Shown: piece by piece, positions 55,344 to 64,000 of the stretch
Layout of the letters: every line of letters starts with the position of its first letter
How positions within the stretch are numbered: the first letter of the stretch is position 1
Source: Candidatus Hadarchaeum sp.
GTDB lineage: Archaea; Hadarchaeota; Hadarchaeia; Hadarchaeales; Hadarchaeaceae
DNA: 64,000 nt
Reading direction: 5' to 3'
Assembly (NCBI RefSeq): GCF_049969415.1
Contig: NZ_JBMFOX010000001.1
Span: 2,405-66,404 of the forward strand
The notes under the pieces: model-generated
Told to the model about the DNA's origin: nothing
Database searches by the model: none
The model's input: only the letters and a program-made list of their open reading frames with translations
Position numbers and translations under genes: made by a program

Positions 55344-56378
55344 ATGTTTCCCGGTGATGGCACGAAGGCGCTGATCCTCGCCGGCGGTTTTGCCAAAAGG
55401 CTGGGTACCATTGGAGAGCTGATGCCAAAGGCGATGATCATTGAGAAAGGGGACACCATCCTGAACCATTTGGTCAATAAAATCCGCGCCGTGAATCTGG
55501 AACCGATTATCTCGACCAACAAAAAATTTGAGAAGTTTTTCTCCGGGTACCAGAACGTCATCGTCGAGGATGCCATGGCCGAGGAGCAAAAACTCGGGGC
55601 CGTCTCCGCAATCTGGAACGCGATTGAAAAGATGAAGATTGAGGAGGACCTCATGGTGGTCTGTGCTGACAACTACTTCTCCTCCAGCTTCGAGGGCTTC
55701 GTCTCTAGCTATACAGGAGAGCCACTCGTGGGCATTTACTACGTGGGGCGGAACCCGGAGATGAAGCCTGAAGAAATGGCCACGGTAAAATTCAATGGCA
55801 GTGAAAATTACCCACCGCCTGCGTCCAGCTTTTTCTTCACCGATTTTAAGGAAAAGGTCACCCCGCCCCTCAGCAGTTACGTTAGCACGGGTGCCTATAT
55901 CTTTCCCAAGCGCGTCTTTCCCGTCCTCCGCGAGTTCTGCCGGAGCGCCAAACAGGACGCACCAGGATTCTTCATCCAGCACCTGATGCAACGAGGGGAG
56001 AGGGTCAGGGGCTATCTGTTCGGGGGCGAGTGGTATGATGTTTCCCACAAGAGCTACCTGCAGGCATTTCGCGAGGCGAGGGTGGTGAAAAACGACGACC
56101 GCTACATCGTCTGCGACCGGCCGCTCGGAGGCAATCTGGTGCTCTCGATTACCATTCTCCACGCCGGCAAACAGACGACGGGCCACTCCCATCCCGTGGG
56201 TGAGGTTTACTTCTTCATCGAGGGTGAGGGGGAGCTAGAAACCAACGGAAACAGACGGCGGGTGAGAGAAAAAGATGTGGCGACCATTGCCCCGAATGAG
56301 TTCCACCGTGTCTACAACACGCGGGACAAGGACCTCGTTTTCATCTCGGTTTTTGAGAAATACGGTGAAAGAGGATAA
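55344..56378 (+). CDS. Sugar-phosphate nucleotidyltransferase with a C-terminal cupin (mannose-6-P isomerase-like) domain
   Basis: LILAGGFAKRLG NTP-transferase motif. C-terminal GHSHPVGEVYFFIEGEG cupin. Confidence 0.65.
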   Translation: MFPGDGTKALILAGGFAKRLGTIGELMPKAMIIEKGDTILNHLVNKIRAVNLEPIISTNKKFEKFFSGYQNVIVEDAMAEEQKLGAVSAIWNAIEKMKIEEDLMVVCADNYFSSSFEGFVSSYTGEPLVGIYYVGRNPEMKPEEMATVKFNGSENYPPPASSFFFTDFKEKVTPPLSSYVSTGAYIFPKRVFPVLREFCRSAKQDAPGFFIQHLMQRGERVRGYLFGGEWYDVSHKSYLQAFREARVVKNDDRYIVCDRPLGGNLVLSITILHAGKQTTGHSHPVGEVYFFIEGEGELETNGNRRRVREKDVATIAPNEFHRVYNTRDKDLVFISVFEKYGERG

Positions 56379-56617
56379 AATTGTCTGTGGCAAAAATATC
56401 TTTTGAAAAATGGTCTGAAAATCTCGAAGATCCGTAGGAAGGGCTTTGGCCCATCTGCCAGGTGATGGAATTAAAAAGGATTCCTTGGTCGAAAAGAAAT
56501 TATTTCCTTAACCTAATGTGTGCAGAATCCGACTTAACTATTTTTAAATCGGAACAACCGGCCCCGCTCAAGTTCTCACAGATAGCTAAATAGCTCCAGC
56601 AATAGAGAGAATTTCAT

Positions 56618-57922
56618 ATGATGATCAAGTACATCCGGGACCCGATACACGGTTACATCGGCATAACTGATGTGGAACGCCGGATAATTGACACCTGGCC
56701 TGTCCAGCGTCTCCGCGGGATAAAGCAGCTCTCAATCGCATCGCTCGTCTATCCCGGCGGCGAACACACCAGGTTTTCTCACTCGCTGGGCGCCATGCAT
56801 GTGGCGGGCCTGATCGCTGACTCGCTGAAAAAAAGCGTTGAAATCTCAGAAAATGATTGGCAGCTTGTCAGGCTCGCCAGCCTTCTTCATGACGTTGGTC
56901 ACGGTCCCTTCTCGCATTCCTACGAAGAACTGATTGCGGAAAAGCGCGGCCTCAATCACGAGCAGATGGGAGCAAGAATCGTGAAGGAGAGCGAACTCGC
57001 CGACGTGCTGAAGGACTGCGGCTACAGCCCGGATGAAATCGTCGATCTCGCCTTTGGCAAGGCGAGGAAGCGAAGCGACTATCTGCACCAGATAACGGCC
57101 AGCCAGGTTGATTCTGACAAGCTCGACTTTCTGGTCCGGGACTCCTACTACACCGGCGTCGAATACGGTCGCATCGACATCAACCGGCTGATTCAGGCGA
57201 TGGACGTCTACGGCAACGACATCGCCATTGACCTAAAGGCGCTCTATGCGCTCGAGGCATTCATGATAGCAAGATACGAGATGTTCCTCGCCGTCTACTA
57301 CCACCACGCCGTAAGATCCGCGGAGATCATGCTCCACAAGGCGATGGGCCACGCTGATGAAATCATCGGGCTGACTTCATTCACCGATGTTAACGAGTTC
57401 CTGAAGATGGACGACGGCTATGTGGCAACCAAACTGAGGGAGCTTAACCCCGCCGACTTTAACGATCCTGAAAAAAGACGGCAGGTCGAAAAGGCCAAGG
57501 AGATAATGAGGATGCTGGACAACCGAAAGCTCCTCAAGGTAGCCTACCAGCGAGATGTTCACGTCAAGGACGCCTACGTGGCAAAATTGCTGAGCGACAA
57601 AAACGTGAGGCGGCAGAAGGAGCAGGAGATTGCGAGGCTGGCTGGCGTCGAGAACGATGATGTGGTGGTGGACGTGCCAACGCTGGACTCCATTCCTTAT
57701 TATCCTCGTGAAATCGATCCTATGGAAATCCCTGTTTTCACCTACATCGGCGGAAACAAGGAACTAGTGCAGCTCTCAAGGTACTCGCGGTTGATCAACG
57801 TGCTGAAGGGATACGTCGACATAATCCGGGTCTACACGAGCCCCAGCCACAGAAATAACGTTGAAAAAGCCGCTGGCGAGGTCTTCAAGACGCTGCCCTT
57901 TTCCGCCCAGATAAACATGTAG
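56618..57922 (+). CDS. HD-domain phosphohydrolase (dNTP triphosphohydrolase-like)
   Basis: H...HDVGHGPFSH...D HD motif. Confidence 0.7.
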   Translation: MMIKYIRDPIHGYIGITDVERRIIDTWPVQRLRGIKQLSIASLVYPGGEHTRFSHSLGAMHVAGLIADSLKKSVEISENDWQLVRLASLLHDVGHGPFSHSYEELIAEKRGLNHEQMGARIVKESELADVLKDCGYSPDEIVDLAFGKARKRSDYLHQITASQVDSDKLDFLVRDSYYTGVEYGRIDINRLIQAMDVYGNDIAIDLKALYALEAFMIARYEMFLAVYYHHAVRSAEIMLHKAMGHADEIIGLTSFTDVNEFLKMDDGYVATKLRELNPADFNDPEKRRQVEKAKEIMRMLDNRKLLKVAYQRDVHVKDAYVAKLLSDKNVRRQKEQEIARLAGVENDDVVVDVPTLDSIPYYPREIDPMEIPVFTYIGGNKELVQLSRYSRLINVLKGYVDIIRVYTSPSHRNNVEKAAGEVFKTLPFSAQINM

Positions 57923-57937
57923 TTTGTCTGAAAAAGG

Positions 57938-58528
57938 TCAAAGCAGATTTTCCACCAATTTTCTAATTTCCGCCTGGACCTCCCCGACGGGGCGGTTGCC
58001 ATCGACCACCTTCATCCGGTATAACTTAGCGATGCTCAGATAGGCCTGCCGGACCCTTCGCTGGAGCTCAAGGTTGCTTTCAAATTCATCGAGCCTGCGC
58101 GAACGATTAATTCTCTGACTCGAAACCTCCGGTGGAACGTCTATCAGTATCATCAGGTCCGGATCCGGGGCCATCTCGTTTATCTTCATTACCCACCTGA
58201 GGGGAAGCCCACGGGCCGACTGATAGGCCAGCGAAGAGGCCTTGTATCTATCGGAAATAACAATCTTGCCCGAATTCACAGCCGGAGCTATAACCTGCTC
58301 CACATGCTGCAACCGGTCGGCGGCGAAGAGAAGGGCCTCAGCGGCCACGGGCAACTTAAGATTCCCTCGCAGGGCCAACTTTATTATTTTCCCGATCGGG
58401 CCTCGAGTGGGCTCTTCGGTGACCAAGACCCCATGACCCATTCTTCGCAACCAGCTGGCGAGCAATCTTGCCTGGATGCTCTTACCGCTTCCGTCCAAGC
58501 CCTCGAGGCAAATGAACTTCCCCTTCAC
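57938..58528 (-). CDS. tmk: Thymidylate kinase
   Basis: P-loop EGLDGSGKS and DRY motif. Confidence 0.8.
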   Translation of the reverse strand: MKGKFICLEGLDGSGKSIQARLLASWLRRMGHGVLVTEEPTRGPIGKIIKLALRGNLKLPVAAEALLFAADRLQHVEQVIAPAVNSGKIVISDRYKASSLAYQSARGLPLRWVMKINEMAPDPDLMILIDVPPEVSSQRINRSRRLDEFESNLELQRRVRQAYLSIAKLYRMKVVDGNRPVGEVQAEIRKLVENLL

Positions 58529-58574
58529 CCAAGCACCAGAGCAAAGTCTTCTCCGAGGGATATGTATTTATCGC

Positions 58575-59765
58575 CTAAGCCACGGGCAGAGGCAGGCAGA
58601 GGACAAACACCACCAATGCCGCCGCCGCTAAAATTTTATGGCGCGTCGACAGCGGCGAAACATCGTCCAGGGCCCCGGGATGATAGCCCCGGAAGAAAAC
58701 CAGAATCAACAGACCCCAGACGAAAAAGATCGGCATCTCAGGGAAGGCCAGTCCGAGCAGCATCAGCAAAAACCCCAGCATCCGGGTCAGTATATAGTGG
58801 CGCTGCCCGCCCAGGAGCGCCCGGGCGATGTGCCCTCCATCAAGCTGTCCCACCGGAATCATGTTAAACATCGTGAGGAGCATTACCACCCAGCCGGAGA
58901 AGGTCAGCGGGTTGAGCTCAAAGGCGCTGGTGAACCTGCCCAGGGTTACCAGCTGCAGCAGGCCGAACATTACCGGAACAAACGGCAGCGGATTTTCCAG
59001 TGAACTCGGGGTTGAAAGCGATAGGCCGATGAAGGTTATTATCGCCGAAAGAACAAAGCCAGTGATGGGCCCTGAGGCGCCCATCTCAACCAGCGCCTCC
59101 TTAGTTGGTATGGGGCTCTTGATGTTGATAACCGCTCCAAATGTCCCCAGCGGGAACGGTGGCGGAGCGGGAATGAAGTAGGGCAGTGTTGAAGCAACCC
59201 TGTTGTGCCAGGCCGAGAGCTTATGGCCCATCTCATGAGCCACCAGCATGGCCAAAAGGGAAGCGGAGAAGAGAGCTGCGCTTCCAAGGGAGCTCTCAAA
59301 GAGATAGTATCCCGCAACAAAGGTCGATGCCACCGTGGCGGCGAAAAGGGCCAAATTGACCACGGGGCTGCCGCCGCGGACAGGAGGGCTCCTCACCAGC
59401 GCCAGCTTTAGTTCGCCCTCCTGCACACGCATCACTGGGAGGTAATTTTCCTTTTTCAGAACCCGCAACAGATAGCGAAAGCCGCTGCGGGGATTACGCG
59501 ATGACACCTCCATTTCAATCCTGTCCCTCCGCCCCACCATGTCCAAGATCTCAAATTTCTTTGTAACCTGTTCCAGCATCCTGACCAGCCAATCAGGCGC
59601 TTCCTCAGCAACAACCTTGAAACTGCCGCCGCACCTAGGACAGCCCCCCGGAATTATCTCACCGACTTTGCGGGCCGACATCCGATAATCGCTATACTGG
59701 CACTCCGTGCACTCAAATCTCTTTATCGGGGGCAGTTTCCCCATTTCATCACCCGCATCGATCAC
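58575..59765 (-). CDS. M50-family (site-2 protease-like) membrane metalloprotease with an N-terminal zinc ribbon
   Basis: HEMGHKLSAWHN in a TM helix. N-terminal CTECQYS...CPRCGGSF. Confidence 0.65.
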   Translation of the reverse strand: MIDAGDEMGKLPPIKRFECTECQYSDYRMSARKVGEIIPGGCPRCGGSFKVVAEEAPDWLVRMLEQVTKKFEILDMVGRRDRIEMEVSSRNPRSGFRYLLRVLKKENYLPVMRVQEGELKLALVRSPPVRGGSPVVNLALFAATVASTFVAGYYLFESSLGSAALFSASLLAMLVAHEMGHKLSAWHNRVASTLPYFIPAPPPFPLGTFGAVINIKSPIPTKEALVEMGASGPITGFVLSAIITFIGLSLSTPSSLENPLPFVPVMFGLLQLVTLGRFTSAFELNPLTFSGWVVMLLTMFNMIPVGQLDGGHIARALLGGQRHYILTRMLGFLLMLLGLAFPEMPIFFVWGLLILVFFRGYHPGALDDVSPLSTRHKILAAAALVVFVLCLPLPVA

Positions 59766-60325
59766 TCGCCGGCACCGGACCAGCGAGGATACAGCCCGTG
59801 ATCGATGCCAAACATCTCCAAAACTCTTCCTACGATGAAGTCCACGAGGTCCGATATCTCCTTGGGTCGAATGTAAAAGGCCGGAGCTGCGGGCAGGATA
59901 ACGGCCCCCGCCTGCCTGAGCTTTACCATGTTTTCCAGATGAATCAGGTTAAGAGGAGTCTCCCGCGGAACCAGCACCAGTCTCCGGTTCTGCTTGAGGG
60001 TCACGTCGGCCGCACGGGTGATCAAATCGTGGGAAATGCCGTTGGCGATTTCACCCAGTGTTTTCATGCTGCACGGAATCACCACCATGCCGTCGACCTG
60101 ATAAGACCCGCTTGAAGGAGGCGCCTCCAGGTCATCCGGAGAATAGCTCCGTGCGGAAATTTTACAAAGATCTGCAGCAGTTTTTCCCGTCTCCATCTCC
60201 AGAATTTTTTCCGCGTTTCTTGAAATGATGAGCTCCGTCTCTATCTCCAGATTTTTACACGCCTCGAGAAATCTCAACCCGTACAGGGCACCGCTCGCCC
60301 CAGTCAAAGCGACAATTAAACGCAT
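59762..60325 (-). CDS. ubiX: Flavin prenyltransferase UbiX/Pad1 family
   Basis: ALTGASGALYG and the family pattern. Confidence 0.75.
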   Translation of the reverse strand: MRLIVALTGASGALYGLRFLEACKNLEIETELIISRNAEKILEMETGKTAADLCKISARSYSPDDLEAPPSSGSYQVDGMVVIPCSMKTLGEIANGISHDLITRAADVTLKQNRRLVLVPRETPLNLIHLENMVKLRQAGAVILPAAPAFYIRPKEISDLVDFIVGRVLEMFGIDHGLYPRWSGAGE

Positions 60326-60373
60326 ATTTTCACCACTAATATCTTTACTGAACTAATATAACCGCCACCTGCG

Positions 60374-61525
60374 TCAATGCTGGGCGACCACCTGTTCAAC
60401 CTTTCGCACCACTTCATCGCCAACTTCAGAAGTGCTCGATTTTCCACCAAGATCATAAGTCCTGACCTTCCCCTCCTGAAGCACTTTGACGACGGCCGCC
60501 TCGATGACGTCCGCGAGGCTCTGCTCACCCAGCTCCTCAAGCATCATCTGTCCGGCTAAAATCGTGGCTATCGGGTTGGCCACATTTTTCCCTGCATGCT
60601 TGGGTGCCGAACCGTGAATGGGCTCGAACATGCTGACGCCGTCGGGATTGATGTTACCGCCCGGCGCCAAGCCCAAGCCCCCCTGAATCATGGCGCCGAG
60701 ATCGGTGATGATGTCTCCGAACATGTTTGGGGTCACCACCACCTGATACCATTCGGGATTCTTCACGAACCACATGGTGATGGCATCCACAAAGGCCAAC
60801 TCGGTTTCAATCTCGGGATAATCCTTAGCCACCGCCTCGAAGACCTCTCGCCAGAGCCCGTAAACATTGGTGAGCACATTGGCCTTGTCTACTGAGGTTA
60901 CGCGCTTTTTCCCCTTCCGCCGTGCCAGCTCAAAGGAATAGCGGATAACTCTCTCCGTCCCCCTCCGGCTAATGACCCCGAGCTGATAGGCAATCTCATC
61001 CCGATCCACATCGATGTCCAGATTAAATTTCGCCTCATAGAGCGACCTGATGAGGTCTAGCTCGGCCTTGGACTTGCCCCAGGCCCTTCCGCCCAGAGCC
61101 ACGTAAAAGTCCTCGGTGTTCTCCCTGACGACAAAGAAATTCACGTGCTCAGGGCCCTTCCCCACCAGCGGGCACGGGACTCCCGGATAGAGCTTAACCG
61201 GGCGCAGATTTACATACTGGTCGAAGTAAAAACGGAGCCGCAGCAGTATCCCCTGCTCCAAGATTCCAGTCGGTACCCTAGGATCGCCCAAGGCCCCGAG
61301 GTAAACCGCGTCCATCTGAGACAGTTCCCTCAGCGCTTCTTCAGGGATCAACTCCTTAGTTCTGAGGTAGTGTTCGGCACCGTAGGGGAACTCCACAAAA
61401 TCAAACTCGACTCCGCCAACCACATCGGCCGCGGCACGAAGGACCTTCACGCCCTCCCGAATGACCTCGGGGCCAACGCCGTCGCCCGGAATGACCGCGA
61501 TTTTGTATTTCCTCAAAACCTTCAC
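60374..61525 (-). CDS. leuB: 3-isopropylmalate dehydrogenase (or related beta-decarboxylating dehydrogenase). Start set at GTG 61525; the ORF-track N-extension was rejected
   Basis: [18 protein letters not shown]-binding start and the NxxD...DxxGD family core. Operon with leuCD. Confidence 0.75.
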   Translation of the reverse strand: MKVLRKYKIAVIPGDGVGPEVIREGVKVLRAAADVVGGVEFDFVEFPYGAEHYLRTKELIPEEALRELSQMDAVYLGALGDPRVPTGILEQGILLRLRFYFDQYVNLRPVKLYPGVPCPLVGKGPEHVNFFVVRENTEDFYVALGGRAWGKSKAELDLIRSLYEAKFNLDIDVDRDEIAYQLGVISRRGTERVIRYSFELARRKGKKRVTSVDKANVLTNVYGLWREVFEAVAKDYPEIETELAFVDAITMWFVKNPEWYQVVVTPNMFGDIITDLGAMIQGGLGLAPGGNINPDGVSMFEPIHGSAPKHAGKNVANPIATILAGQMMLEELGEQSLADVIEAAVVKVLQEGKVRTYDLGGKSSTSEVGDEVVRKVEQVVAQH

Positions 61526-61556
61526 CGGAACAATTTCAATGCGGGACCTCTTAAGC

Positions 61557-62075
61557 TTAAACCGCAGATTTTTTCCCCATGTTGCCGCTTTTCCGTCCCA
61601 TCCTTTTGAGGTAAGGCAACAGGCCCCCGGCCCGAAGGATTTCCATGAGAAAATCAGGGAGCGGCTCGGCCTTGAATTTCTTGCCCGTTCGGGTGTTGAG
61701 CACCTCACCCTTGCTGATGTTCACCTTGATACCATCGCCCGTCTTGAAGCCCCGCCGCGCCTCCCGGGAGACCAGAACCGGCAATCCTTGATTTATCGCG
61801 TTCCGGAAAAATATCCGGGCAAATGACTCCGCGACCACGGCGGCAATTCCCGCTCCCCGCAACGCGATGGGTGCGTGCTCCCGGCTCGAGCCACAGCCAA
61901 AGTTCTTTCCAGCCACGATGACATCTCCTTTTCTGACCTTGGCGGCGAACTCGGGATCCACCGCCTCCATCACGTGCTTCGCCAGCTCCTTTGGATCCCG
62001 CTGGACCAAATAGCGCCCAGCGATGATGTCATCGGTTGAGATGTTGTCCCCAAAGACCCAAGCCCTGACCATCAC
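61557..62075 (-). CDS. leuD: 3-isopropylmalate dehydratase small subunit
   Basis: Aconitase swivel-domain pattern ([10 protein letters not shown]...GCGSSREHA). Confidence 0.8.
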   Translation of the reverse strand: MMVRAWVFGDNISTDDIIAGRYLVQRDPKELAKHVMEAVDPEFAAKVRKGDVIVAGKNFGCGSSREHAPIALRGAGIAAVVAESFARIFFRNAINQGLPVLVSREARRGFKTGDGIKVNISKGEVLNTRTGKKFKAEPLPDFLMEILRAGGLLPYLKRMGRKSGNMGKKSAV

Positions 62076-63328
62076 ACATCCCTCGGATCAGTTATCTCCC
62101 CCTTCAGGGCCGAGGCGGCCACCGTCGCCGGCGAGCCGAGATAGACTTGGGCCTCGGGGCTGCCCATGCGTCCCCGGAAATTCCTGTTGGAAGAGGAGAT
62201 GCAGACCTCACCGGGCCCGAGAATTCCTATGTGTCCGCCCATGCAGGCTGCGCAGGAAGGCGATCCCACCATGGCACCGGCCCCGACGAACTTTTGCAGC
62301 AACCCCTTTTCCAGCGCCTCAAGGTAAACCTCGCGCGAGGCGGGTACGACCAACATCCTCACTCCCCGGGCTATTTTTCTACCCTTCAAAATTCTGGCGG
62401 CCTCGATCAGGTCTTCAAGCCGGCCGTTGGTGCAGCTGCCTAAAAACGCCTGATCCACCTTTACCCCGGCCACCTCGCGCACAGGGCGCACCTTATCCAC
62501 GTGGTGAGGTATGGCCACCTGAGGTTCGATTCGAGACAAATCGTAATCTCTCTCCTCCACATAGCTCGCGCCCGGATCGCTGTAAATTGCTTGATAATCC
62601 CATTTGGCCCTGCCTGCCAAATATCTGGCTGTAATCTCATCCGCCGGGACAATCGCGGTCTTCGCCCCCATTTCCACCCCCATATTGCACATCGTCATCC
62701 TTCCACCAACGCTAATGCCCTTCAGACCATTGCCGGCAAACTCGATGGCGCGGTAATTGGCGCCGTCCGCCCCGACATCACCCACCAGCCTCAGCACCAC
62801 GTCCTTCGGGAGGACCCGGTCTCTAAGCCTCCCTTCAACTTTTATGAGCATACTCTCGGGCACCCGGAACCAAAGTTTCCCTGTGGCAAACACCGCGGCC
62901 ATGTCCGTGGAACCTATTCCCGTGGCAAAACAGCCAAAGGCACCATAGGTACAGGTGTGGGAATCGGCTCCGACGATAAGTTCACCAGGAAGCGCGAAAC
63001 CGTGTTCCGGCAGCACCTGATGGCAAACGCCCTCATTAACATCAAAGAAGTTCTGGATGTTATTCTTCGCCGCAAACCTGCGCAGCCTGATGTGCTCCTT
63101 TGACGCCTCAATGGATATCGATGGCGCCTGGTGATCCAAAACGATTACCACCCTTGAGGGATCCCAGACGCCCTCGACTCCAATCTGCTCCAAGGCCTCA
63201 ATCGTGATGGGTCCGGTAATATCATTAATCATGGCCACGTCGACCCGGGCCTCAACTATCTCGCCCGGAGAAACACTTTGACGCCCTGACGCCCGGGCCA
63301 GTATTTTCTCGGCAATCGTCATCGGCAT
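62072..63328 (-). CDS. leuC: 3-isopropylmalate dehydratase large subunit
   Basis: Aconitase-family Fe-S ligands (GSCTNGR..., CAACMGG). Confidence 0.8.
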   Translation of the reverse strand: MPMTIAEKILARASGRQSVSPGEIVEARVDVAMINDITGPITIEALEQIGVEGVWDPSRVVIVLDHQAPSISIEASKEHIRLRRFAAKNNIQNFFDVNEGVCHQVLPEHGFALPGELIVGADSHTCTYGAFGCFATGIGSTDMAAVFATGKLWFRVPESMLIKVEGRLRDRVLPKDVVLRLVGDVGADGANYRAIEFAGNGLKGISVGGRMTMCNMGVEMGAKTAIVPADEITARYLAGRAKWDYQAIYSDPGASYVEERDYDLSRIEPQVAIPHHVDKVRPVREVAGVKVDQAFLGSCTNGRLEDLIEAARILKGRKIARGVRMLVVPASREVYLEALEKGLLQKFVGAGAMVGSPSCAACMGGHIGILGPGEVCISSSNRNFRGRMGSPEAQVYLGSPATVAASALKGEITDPRDV

Positions 63329-63404
63329 AAAGTTCCAACCAGATTAAGTGGCTCAAACTTTAAGTTTTATTGTAGTTATCACACAACGACAATATTTTCC
63401 AAAA

Positions 63405-64000
63405 TCAGATTCTTATGGCCCCCTCTGCAGCCGAAGTGACCACCTGGGAGTAATGGCCCAAATATCCCGTCTTTATTTTAGGCGGACGCAACTTTACCTT
63501 GGCCAGCCTTTCCTGAAGCTCTTCTTCTGGAACCAGTACCTCCAGCCGGCGGCGCGGGATGTCGATCAAGATCTTATCCCCTTCGGCAACGGTCGCAATC
63601 GGACCCCGCTCGGCAGCCTCGGGCGAGACATGCCCCACCGCCGCTCCACGTGTGCCTCCGGAGAATCTACCATCAGTCACCAGAGCCACTGAGTCAATTA
63701 ATCCCAGTCCGGCTAGGGCGGAAGTGGCCGCAAGCATCTCACGCATTCCCGGACCTCCCTTGGGGCCCTCGTACCGAATAACAACCACATCACCGCGCCT
63801 GATCTTGCCGGACAGTATCGCCCTCACGGCGTCCTCCTCGCAATCGAACACCCGGGCCGGCCCCGTATGCCGAATCATTTTCGGGCTCACGCCAGCATAC
63901 TTTATCACGGCTCCACGGGGGGCCAAACTGCCGAACAAAATCGCGATGCCGCCCTCGCGATGGTAGGGTTTTTTCAGCGGCCTGATTACCCCATTGTTCG
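63405..64000 (-). CDS. ilvD: Dihydroxy-acid dehydratase, C-terminal part. The gene continues past the right edge
   Basis: [25 protein letters not shown] signature. The frame stays open to position 64000. Confidence 0.8.
   Translation of the reverse strand, partial: NNGVIRPLKKPYHREGGIAILFGSLAPRGAVIKYAGVSPKMIRHTGPARVFDCEEDAVRAILSGKIRRGDVVVIRYEGPKGGPGMREMLAATSALAGLGLIDSVALVTDGRFSGGTRGAAVGHVSPEAAERGPIATVAEGDKILIDIPRRRLEVLVPEEELQERLAKVKLRPPKIKTGYLGHYSQVVTSAAEGAIRI

Noticed and set aside
55314-56192. 292-aa minus-strand ORF
   Set aside because: Antisense to the nucleotidyltransferase-cupin gene, which has clear motifs
60374-61708. 444-aa version of the leuB ORF
   Set aside because: The N-terminal 60 residues are Arg/Ser-rich and overlap leuD; the conserved dehydrogenase N-terminus ([10 protein letters not shown]) follows a GTG at 61525
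1-64000. CRISPR arrays, rRNA genes, IS elements, integrases, prophage genes
   Set aside because: Searched by eye for direct-repeat periodicity, rRNA-like conserved stretches, and transposase/integrase motifs; none found

Overview
This 64-kb window looks archaeal. Markers include an intron-containing tRNA, ribosomal proteins L40e, L21e and a probable L34e, Rpo4/RpoF, SRP54, GGGPS, and TATA-type promoters next to start codons. Genes overlap or abut at many junctions. GC content is about 60%. The carbon and redox genes indicate an anaerobe: porGDAB, a two-subunit OFOR, HypF, rubrerythrin, an FTR-rubredoxin fusion and peroxiredoxin. Left to right, the window holds: a MoxR AAA+ ATPase with a vWA partner running off the left edge; MarR and a MATE efflux pump; a guanidino-modifying enzyme; and a membrane-anchored serpin. 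Next comes a hingeless SMC-like ABC ATPase in an operon with ScpA- and ScpB-like genes, which is the most unusual locus here. It is followed by an HhH DNA glycosylase, a convergent pair of membrane-anchored zinc-ribbon enzymes (a transglutaminase-like protein and an S8 subtilisin), tRNA-Gly(CCC), and five tandem, mostly overlapping CBS-domain genes carrying about 18 CBS domains. Then come rpiA, an intron-containing tRNA with anticodon CAU, Nnr, and L40e overlapping GGGPS. A metal and redox homeostasis island of about 16 kb follows, spanning roughly 23.2 to 39.5 kb. It holds an MsrP-like Mo enzyme, a CopB-type P1B ATPase with a His-rich N-terminus and a C-terminal YHS/TRASH domain, two ZIP transporters, a Dps-like protein, peroxiredoxin, rubrerythrin, a VIT1-ferritin fusion, a radical SAM protein, two DtxR-family regulators with DtxR-box-like palindromes in their own promoters, FeoB, and a pdaD gene (pyruvoyl arginine decarboxylase) that looks frameshifted. 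After the island come the OFOR alpha-gamma and beta subunits with a degenerate ferredoxin remnant carrying an in-frame TGA, a thiol/iron redox cluster (FTR-Rd, Grx, a ferritin-like protein, a Dx-like protein), porGDAB, hypF, an ATP-cone/Mrr-nuclease fusion, a conserved archaeal core block (UPF0147, UPF0148, DUF655, Rpo4, L21e, SRP54), a nucleotidyltransferase-cupin, an HD dNTPase-like protein, tmk, an M50 protease, ubiX, leuCDB and the 3' part of ilvD. I found no rRNA, CRISPR array, IS element or integrase. Many long ORFs in the supplied track are antisense shadows of GC-rich genes and were rejected.
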